In this document: piece by piece, positions 45,601-51,139 of the stretch
Layout: the number at the start of each line of letters is the position of its first letter
Position numbering within the stretch: position 1 is the first letter of the stretch
DNA from: a virus
Taxonomy: Duplodnaviria; Caudoviricetes
Length of the DNA: 51,139 bases
Virus record (IMG/VR): IMGVR_UViG_3300048886_000450
Coordinates: 1-51,139 of that record
Reading direction: 5' to 3' (one strand)
The notes under the pieces: model-generated
The model's database searches: none
What the model was told of the DNA's origin: nothing
Seen by the model: the letters and a program-made list of their open reading frames with translations, nothing else
Position numbers and translations under genes: made by a program

Positions 45601-48600
45601 TTCGGGTGCCTCCGCTGCTTCCCTTTGCTCTTCCAACAACTTGTTAACTAAAAGACCCCGGTCATTGATGTTCCCGTCCTCATCGAAATAGCGACCAAAA
45701 CGACGGTCGTGGAGGTGCCTCTCTTCCACAGCATCGCGTCCGGCACCCGGGCCATAGGCATCATCACGCCAAAACGCCCGCTCTGGTAGACCATGTTGTG
45801 GAAAACGATTGCCTACATTCCGTAGAGAACGATCGTCTGGCAGGCTGCCGTCGTCTTCGACACGAACCGCCTCAATCAGATCCTGAACATTTCTTGCTTC
45901 CTCATCCGGCGTCGGATCCAAAATTGTGGCAGACCCTTCCACCACGGCATCCAGATGTTCTTCAACGGAATGCCCGGTTCTTTCCCTGACCTCTTCATTA
46001 TCCTCTTGCCGTCGCTCTTCGTGCCCACGCTCTCCAAAGAGTCGGCGCAATGGACGGGTTATCCTGTCAATGATTCCGTCCACCTCTTCCCGATCGACCC
46101 GCGCTTGTTCTTCACGATCACGACCTTCGATGGCCTCATCTTGACCTTCAGCAAAACGATCCAATCGGGCAGCCCTGCGTTCCCGACGTTCAGCCCGACG
46201 GCGGTCACGTTCTGAGAAATCGACTTCAGCGCCCTCACGCTCATCTCGCCTCCGAATCGCCCCCTCTCGTCCGCGAGCAAACCTTTCCAAAAGACCAGTT
46301 CTTTCTCTGGCCGGTTCAGCCTCTTCTTCTTCGGCTTCCGGCTCTCCCCTACGCCTCTGCCTACGATCGCGACGCCGCGGATCCCTCTCCATCAAACCTT
46401 CACGCTCTTCGCGGTGACGTTCATCCAACTCCGCTACTTCTCTATCAAAAGCATCACGCTCTTCACGAAGACGGCGCAATTCGCCAGCACGCTCTACATC
46501 ACTTTGGGCACGAGCAACATCCCTGTCAGCCCGCTCCCTCTGTCGTCCTGCCCGCGCACGACGCCTCTCAGGACTACCCATAGCCCGAAGAACACGCCGA
46601 CGAACACGATCAACCGACTCGTCTACTTCGCCCCTGTCAACCGCTTCGCCTTCGTCAATAAGACGACGATCACGAGCGCTGATACGATCTTCCTGCCCGA
46701 CAGCAATACGATCTGCCCGACTAGCCCTACGAGTCTGCCCACGAGACATTTGCCGTAGAGGAGAACGTTCGTGATCTCCCGGCTTATAGTCAATTCGCCT
46801 TCCATCGGAATCTTCAAGGATGGCACTACTAACCATACGCCTTGCCCCTTGGGTGATGCCTCTGAAGACGGCACCCGAAGGGCGTTCCCAAATGGTCCCC
46901 TCTTGGATAATCCCATCGTTGTCGCCGTCACGAGCGTGCCGATCGTAAGGAACAACTTTCGGCATCCGGCGAGCAAAGGAAGAAATCCTACCTATACCCC
47001 TCCGACGACGACCAAAAACTTTTACGGAAATATCAGAATCATTAACAGCACGACTAAATAAAGCCGCCTTCATCTCTATGAGGGAATCTTTACTTAGTCC
47101 TGTTGTTTGACTTATACGAACCAAAGAAACGCTCTGCTTACGAACAGGCAGAGGACTCACATACTTAGCAAGTGCCTTTTGTTGAACAAATGCAGCAACA
47201 TACGGGCTTCTTTCAGGCCGCAGGCTTTTCCCTTCCGGCCTCCGGCCACGTTCTTCGATCTGGGGCTTTGCTAGATAATGAGGCTTTTTATTCCCCATAC
47301 GGCGCGGTGCCCGTTCCGACAGGTACAACTGGAACACCCACCGTGGAACGATCTTCCGCATTCCAGCCGGATCATAAACAACAATCCTGTCGTTGCCGTT
47401 TTTAATTTTTCCGGAGTATTTAATTTGTACTTCGTTTTTAAATTCGGTAATCCACCTCTCCATAGCAGTGACCGGATTATCTTTAACATCCGGATCTCTA
47501 CTAATTGCAGCCCACCGGGTACGCATCTTTGCCGCAACCCCAGCGGAAATTTCTCCCTGACGTTCGACCTTTACAATTCCCTCAGGAAAAACATAATTAA
47601 CCGACTTAACGCCCTTAGTCAGTAGACGCACTTCATCCCCAGCCAACGATCCGCGCCGTGGAATCTTTGATGTGACCCAAGCCCCATCCTTAAAGGCATC
47701 GTGGTCTTGCATCCTGACCAACTCTTCCGGCCCTACTCGCGGCTCATATACAACCCCGTCTCTGCGAACAACACGGGTTGTATTGGGATTGTCCCTTGCA
47801 TATTCGACTACATCTTTAACGGCGCTGTCTCGCCTTTTTATGTTCGGCCTTGACTTTGGTTTCGTCGCCGCCTCGCGAACAACAGCAAACGGATCACCCT
47901 TGGGTGCCTTTGAAACCACATCCCTAGCCACAGATGGCAGGTCATCCCCACGATCAAATCGACGCTTCATCTTCTTCCTGTCAACAGCCGTAACGGCTCC
48001 CGGCCCCACTTCCGGAGCGTCAAGAATAAGACCGCCGCAATTAGTCAACTTAGGATCAGTGAAACGACCACCGTTCAAATATCCGGAGGGACAACGCAAG
48101 GCAGACCCACCGATAGAACCAAGACCCCCACCTAATCCGCCACGGCCACCGCCTCCACCGGGAGTCAACGCACCGTAGAGTGCAGACCTGCCCGGATTAC
48201 GATATTTGCCCATGTCACCGGGAATGAAGAACGAAGCAAGACTCTGCAATGTTCGGCCCAACCGCCCGTGGCTTCTGACCAAACCGACCTTTTCGTGGAC
48301 AGTCAGATCACGGGGTTTATGGTTCTCGTCCCAATCGAATGAACCGGGCACTGGCACAGACTTGGTGCCAGCGATAAACCTTGCAGCCTTATATTCAATA
48401 GCGTTCTGATCACCATTAATTGGCCTAGTCGTAACGCCTTTGATTTCTCGTGACCAACGACGATACAGACGCCAACTTGCGATTTCTACACCGCAGTCAT
48501 CGCTTTTTCTACCTCGCCGTTTGCGCTTGCCGGGGATCGCCCGTCTAGCCACACGCAGAACGGGTCCAAGTTTTCCACCCGCATGATGGTTCCCCTCATT

Positions 48601-48861
48601 CGGCCATTGGCCGGTGGTTTCATGGTGGAGCCATGCACATAAAGGTTGCAAGGGATACAACTCAGGATGATTGGCCAAGATGATTATGCAACGACGAAAC
48701 CCACCCGGCTTCCGCATAATGGGACGCCAGTATTTAATGAGTTGTTCTAAATTCCCGCGACGCGGCCCCCGGCCACGAAGAATGTCGCCAGTAATCCGCT
48801 CCTGTGGGAGAATATCAATTGCGTCTTGAGGTGCCTTGACCTCAAGTGTCATCTCAGTCAT
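42610..48861 (-). CDS. Giant multi-module head-region protein with GNAT-like domain
   Basis: 2083 aa; N-terminal GGFRRC..LCAWLHH.TTG.WP and RCP.G..NGGRFT modules; GAKGLGFAT...DGPVIWGRHGF near the C-terminus; GGGAG RBS. Confidence 0.72.
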   Translation of the reverse strand: MTEMTLEVKAPQDAIDILPQERITGDILRGRGPRRGNLEQLIKYWRPIMRKPGGFRRCIIILANHPELYPLQPLCAWLHHETTGQWPNEGNHHAGGKLGPVLRVARRAIPGKRKRRGRKSDDCGVEIASWRLYRRWSREIKGVTTRPINGDQNAIEYKAARFIAGTKSVPVPGSFDWDENHKPRDLTVHEKVGLVRSHGRLGRTLQSLASFFIPGDMGKYRNPGRSALYGALTPGGGGGRGGLGGGLGSIGGSALRCPSGYLNGGRFTDPKLTNCGGLILDAPEVGPGAVTAVDRKKMKRRFDRGDDLPSVARDVVSKAPKGDPFAVVREAATKPKSRPNIKRRDSAVKDVVEYARDNPNTTRVVRRDGVVYEPRVGPEELVRMQDHDAFKDGAWVTSKIPRRGSLAGDEVRLLTKGVKSVNYVFPEGIVKVERQGEISAGVAAKMRTRWAAISRDPDVKDNPVTAMERWITEFKNEVQIKYSGKIKNGNDRIVVYDPAGMRKIVPRWVFQLYLSERAPRRMGNKKPHYLAKPQIEERGRRPEGKSLRPERSPYVAAFVQQKALAKYVSPLPVRKQSVSLVRISQTTGLSKDSLIEMKAALFSRAVNDSDISVKVFGRRRRGIGRISSFARRMPKVVPYDRHARDGDNDGIIQEGTIWERPSGAVFRGITQGARRMVSSAILEDSDGRRIDYKPGDHERSPLRQMSRGQTRRASRADRIAVGQEDRISARDRRLIDEGEAVDRGEVDESVDRVRRRVLRAMGSPERRRARAGRQRERADRDVARAQSDVERAGELRRLREERDAFDREVAELDERHREEREGLMERDPRRRDRRQRRRGEPEAEEEEAEPARERTGLLERFARGREGAIRRRDEREGAEVDFSERDRRRAERRERRAARLDRFAEGQDEAIEGRDREEQARVDREEVDGIIDRITRPLRRLFGERGHEERRQEDNEEVRERTGHSVEEHLDAVVEGSATILDPTPDEEARNVQDLIEAVRVEDDGSLPDDRSLRNVGNRFPQHGLPERAFWRDDAYGPGAGRDAVEERHLHDRRFGRYFDEDGNINDRGLLVNKLLEEQREAAEAPELAPDDVRDISEVMAEAYPNRPVDMSQEAIQAEMDEIDAVFPDILDREFLAAQRYDELEAALKPAVVDGDRLSVDQIQKLAERFNSPAEPGERRADRERLVAAAEDLLTREEWDDDMRAEARLLMNHMPPPNQLDNVENPGIYDRLRSRELQERQTRGPETPDAPEQATTIPPTPPPTPSDPQQRVLDAEGRIAAVSDSERPAQRVVEKVRQRIIDQIGEEALQQVFNDWAAMEAQHSRDGAGERLLYPIRSAVDWFRGDQQAIDNPASILLGADIWGDDPPVPDSDHIDDILSAIRTKLATMEGDNPEQLAILRQRLETLNGREVAARAYSVEWNDLAVRRRREWEAAGSPDSGELLEERVLTQMVRHLQDVRRSGAGGPPDALNEIIQVLDNWDRNAIQRANPANEPGVPDRDLPWLQSVSQAIMGRRMNKIRAVVGERAARLGRPGRFGLEDFGLDRDVFAEGRNLTGERREAVKELIAEAYLLGVDYRFTAPGNPNAEFMIAANGSGSRPDVSISKSGGTITASFSSNIYMRKRNDDGSWGDWDSTGSTSRSVYLKGDGSGTISNGTMYNHGAKGLGFATIYNNHAWASLVETGLARKVSVGPVTDGPVIWGRHGFDDRTAAKGMVHFLQKEVSNFDAGAETILQSQNMRDEAERLVGAYYRDPANATVMMGHSILAAEGRHPWERLDTAGRPLGENQFPGAIGTKYGQWWVQRETVDGTAYSPATNSSSFVIGEGEIARIFGETIASIRADQRQIPEADRPRSPTPETPNPVDEVGPGWRAGVGQRYAADEQDGWSEPMREAWRLDHGMPRHGGGRAVDGLEPPWTESHDRLLAARVQPIGMDPDEMMAEMDAIRQEWDGRQSIDPDVVNRFDALYEEYQRVRPEDGPTTKLFREIGSGADVQRIYVGRSAYRPGEDGIVPDRFAPLRPSLEAMTHREMWAEMASMLSRWNNRHLINIPDEIRERYEALVDAYDRAAPAGARRPDALGRSVV

Positions 48862-48879
48862 TCCACTCCCTACAGGTGA

Positions 48880-49107
48880 TTAGTTCTTCGTGTTCTTCTT
48901 CTTTTTCTTAGGAGTTTTTCCGTCCTTATACGCTTCATTCACATCAGGGGTGCTTTCGTCATCTTTAACAAAATGGCCCTTCGCTGTCCGCGCCCGTTCG
49001 CCCGTGGCCTCAGCCGCAGGTTCCGGCTCCGGAGCAGGAGCCTCAGGCTCTTCTCCGACCGTGACGATTCGCCCAAGATTGGGATCGAAATAACTTTTCT
49101 TATCCAT
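48880..49107 (-). CDS. Small protein with RAR..KG.F..DD.STPDVNEA motif
   Basis: Motif recognised from small phage structural-region proteins; Lys-rich tail. Confidence 0.7.
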   Translation of the reverse strand: MDKKSYFDPNLGRIVTVGEEPEAPAPEPEPAAEATGERARTAKGHFVKDDESTPDVNEAYKDGKTPKKKKKNTKN

Positions 49108-49351
49108 TGGTATTACCTTCCATAGAGGAATTTTGTTGGGTCATCATCTCTTCCCTTGCATGTATTAGTCCCATCAATGGTTTCAATAATGGTGTACATG
49201 CAGGGTCATTCAGCATCTCCCGATAAGCCATCAAAAGCAAAGTCATAACGTCTTTGCCCGCAGAAGTGGGAGGAGGAACCCGCTCAACGCGAGTCATCGT
49301 CCCGTCCCTATTGAGCCTTACAACGGCTTTTGCCTCATCAGAATCGAACAC
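49100..49351 (-). CDS. Hypothetical protein
   Basis: 83 aa, GTG start, co-directional with and overlapping the next gene. Confidence 0.6.
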   Translation of the reverse strand: MFDSDEAKAVVRLNRDGTMTRVERVPPPTSAGKDVMTLLLMAYREMLNDPACTPLLKPLMGLIHAREEMMTQQNSSMEGNTNG

Positions 49352-49357
49352 TGAATA

Positions 49358-51139
49358 TCACTCCGATGACTTTTCGTCTGTTTCCATTTCAAGCATCTGA
49401 AGTTCCATCAGCGAAGCAGTGAACTCTGCTTCTTCAGCGGTTTTCTTCTCTGACCACTCAGTCGGGAGGAGTTCAACCTTGCCCATTTCTTCGGCTCTCT
49501 TGGTGATGTGATCCCTCACCTCAGGAGACTTGCTCCTAAGTGAAGCCTTAATGGCATTCTCTAGATCCTCACCGCTTACGATTGGATAAGAACCATCTGT
49601 CATAGCCATGCCATCGCTGATTAGATCTTCCGTCGCTTCGCTGGTGTGGGCCATCTTCAAACGGAGTTCCGCCTCAATGGATTCCTTCATGTCGCGTAGC
49701 GTCTTGATCTCATCTTCTTCCTCTTCAGTTAGTTCGATCATGTCCGAACCAAGGAACTTGCCATCAACACTGACGTATGCGTCATACGACTTGCCGTCTG
49801 CACCATCAATTTCGACAACGTAAGCATCCTCGCCTTGGAAGATGTCAACATCGACACCAAGGGACTTGCCCTCAATGTTTCGCAGGGCTTCTACTTCAGC
49901 CTCATTGAATGAAACAATTACACGATCAGTTCCTTCGGCAGACTTTTCTTCCACCTCTGGATCCAACATGATCCAACCTAGAGAAGAACCGTTTCCGGCG
50001 TAATACGCCTCCACGATTCCATCATCGGTCTTCAGATCAAGAACAAAAATGTCGTCCTTGGGCGCATAGCCAGAATCGACAACCTGACCGCCGAACTCCG
50101 TCTCAGCAGAAACCTCTACCTCAAGCAAACCGGGAAGACCCTTTTCGCTGACGCAACCACCACGACAGAAGTTGCAAACGTCTCCTTTGAGAATCTTGCG
50201 TTCGATGGCGCACAAAAAGCCACCACCTTCCAAGGATTTGGTGTCTGTATCCAATCGGGCTAGACGATTTTCCAAAGCATCTGAATCCAAAGCGTCCATT
50301 ACTGTCATGGATTCGTCATCTTCTTTACCAATAAGAACAGCCATTGGAAGAGCCGGGACCATGTTCTTTTCGTCATCGTCCTCCTCTTCGTCCGGATCTT
50401 CCCCATTGGCTAGAGCCATCAAACGAGCGAGACGGTTCTTACCCGGTTTCTTACCGAAGCCCTTCCCGTCGTCATCGTCCTCGTCAGGGACAAACGGAGG
50501 AGCCACTGTCCCTGCGCCAACAGGCGTCATTGGAGACGCACTAGGTACAGCCTCCGCAGGTACGGCCTCCATGGGCGGCTTAGGTGCGACCATGGGCATG
50601 GGCGGAGGGGGCAACTCTCGTTCATGATCCGGAACATGCACTTTGGGATCATCATCATCAACCTCAACGACATAAGCCTTCATGTCGTCAGTGATCTCTG
50701 AAGGATCCATTTCCACGACAACTACCCGTCGCTTGGCAGGAACCTCGTTCTTTTCGTCTTCCTCCTCATCAAACTCAGGTGCCCCCGGCTGCATTTCAAC
50801 CCGGTCATACGGGTAGCCAGTTGATACAGGATGCTGACGGGTAACAGCCTTTTCGTCGGCTTCACCCGTTTCCTCTCCACTTTTCTCCTCTACCTCTTGC
50901 ACCTCTTGTTCGCCTTCAGCAAGAACTTCTTCGACTGCTGCCGCAACCTTCTCTTCGATGTCCTCTTCTGGGGCGTCCTCAGCGGGAGCATCCTCGTCTG
51001 AGGCATCCTCAGCGGGGGCGTCCCCTTCTGGGGCGTCCTCAGAGCCATGCTCTTCACAGTCATCATCTTCACACTCTTCAGCAGAATGATCCGACTTGGT
51101 TTCCGTGTCTGGCTCCAAAGAGGCTGCAACCTCCTCTAG
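49358..51139 (-). CDS. Very acidic scaffold-like head protein with PepSY-like and DGSYPI domains (start uncertain, possibly beyond the window)
   Basis: Frame is open from 51139 (LEEVAASL-EPDTETK...); TTG 51118 with GAGGAGG upstream is an alternative start; D/E-rich linkers, C-x11-CxxC-x3-C cluster, PepSY-like VSFNEA..ALRNIEG.....D......Y.VEI...DG......V..DG..L. Confidence 0.75.
   Translation of the reverse strand, partial: LEEVAASLEPDTETKSDHSAEECEDDDCEEHGSEDAPEGDAPAEDASDEDAPAEDAPEEDIEEKVAAAVEEVLAEGEQEVQEVEEKSGEETGEADEKAVTRQHPVSTGYPYDRVEMQPGAPEFDEEEDEKNEVPAKRRVVVVEMDPSEITDDMKAYVVEVDDDDPKVHVPDHERELPPPPMPMVAPKPPMEAVPAEAVPSASPMTPVGAGTVAPPFVPDEDDDDGKGFGKKPGKNRLARLMALANGEDPDEEEDDDEKNMVPALPMAVLIGKEDDESMTVMDALDSDALENRLARLDTDTKSLEGGGFLCAIERKILKGDVCNFCRGGCVSEKGLPGLLEVEVSAETEFGGQVVDSGYAPKDDIFVLDLKTDDGIVEAYYAGNGSSLGWIMLDPEVEEKSAEGTDRVIVSFNEAEVEALRNIEGKSLGVDVDIFQGEDAYVVEIDGADGKSYDAYVSVDGKFLGSDMIELTEEEEDEIKTLRDMKESIEAELRLKMAHTSEATEDLISDGMAMTDGSYPIVSGEDLENAIKASLRSKSPEVRDHITKRAEEMGKVELLPTEWSEKKTAEEAEFTASLMELQMLEMETDEKSSE

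Noticed and set aside
36607-48861. Giant proteins as virion RNA polymerase or a second tape measure
   Set aside because: No DxDGD catalytic context beyond the short tag module and no T7-type polymerase motifs; a canonical TMP is already present at 20038..23499
37010-50627. Numerous plus-strand ORFs opposite the giant genes
   Set aside because: Antisense shadows of low-complexity coding sequence
1-51139. Alternative genetic code, tRNA genes, integrase or IS elements
   Set aside because: Genes tile densely under the standard code using TAA, TAG and TGA stops; no cloverleaf, recombinase or transposase was recognised

Overview
This window is a segment of a large tailed dsDNA phage genome with a contractile (myovirus-type) tail and an HK97-fold capsid. 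The host is probably Gram-positive, possibly actinobacterial; this is inferred from the endolysin architecture and promoter style. Read right to left on the minus strand, the order is as follows. First come an acidic scaffold-like protein, two giant head-region proteins (2083 and 1913 aa) each followed by a small coupled ORF, and the major capsid protein. A plus-strand island follows (HTH protein, class II ribonucleotide reductase, TauD-type dioxygenase). Next are the neck, tail terminator, sheath, tube, a tail chaperone with a -1 frameshift, tape measure, hub, spike, endolysin and baseplate genes. The window ends with fibre genes interleaved with a cassette of modifying enzymes. Three signals stand out. 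(1) A Gly-rich putative virion protein carries a ~213-aa His/Asn/Pro-rich insert (about 41 His). It sits beside an insert-less paralog and is translationally coupled to two 2OG-Fe(II) oxygenases and a flavin-dependent halogenase, which makes it a candidate phage-encoded virion-protein modification or metal-display system. (2) The two giant head proteins share a DxDxDGxxQEGTIWERP module and a helical repeat but carry different enzymes (HipA/PI3-4K-like kinase, GNAT-like acetyltransferase), a candidate capsid-delivered effector system. (3) A ParB/sulfiredoxin-like domain is inserted in-frame in the RNR. All family calls come from motif recognition by eye, without database searches. No tRNA, rRNA, CRISPR array or IS element was seen.
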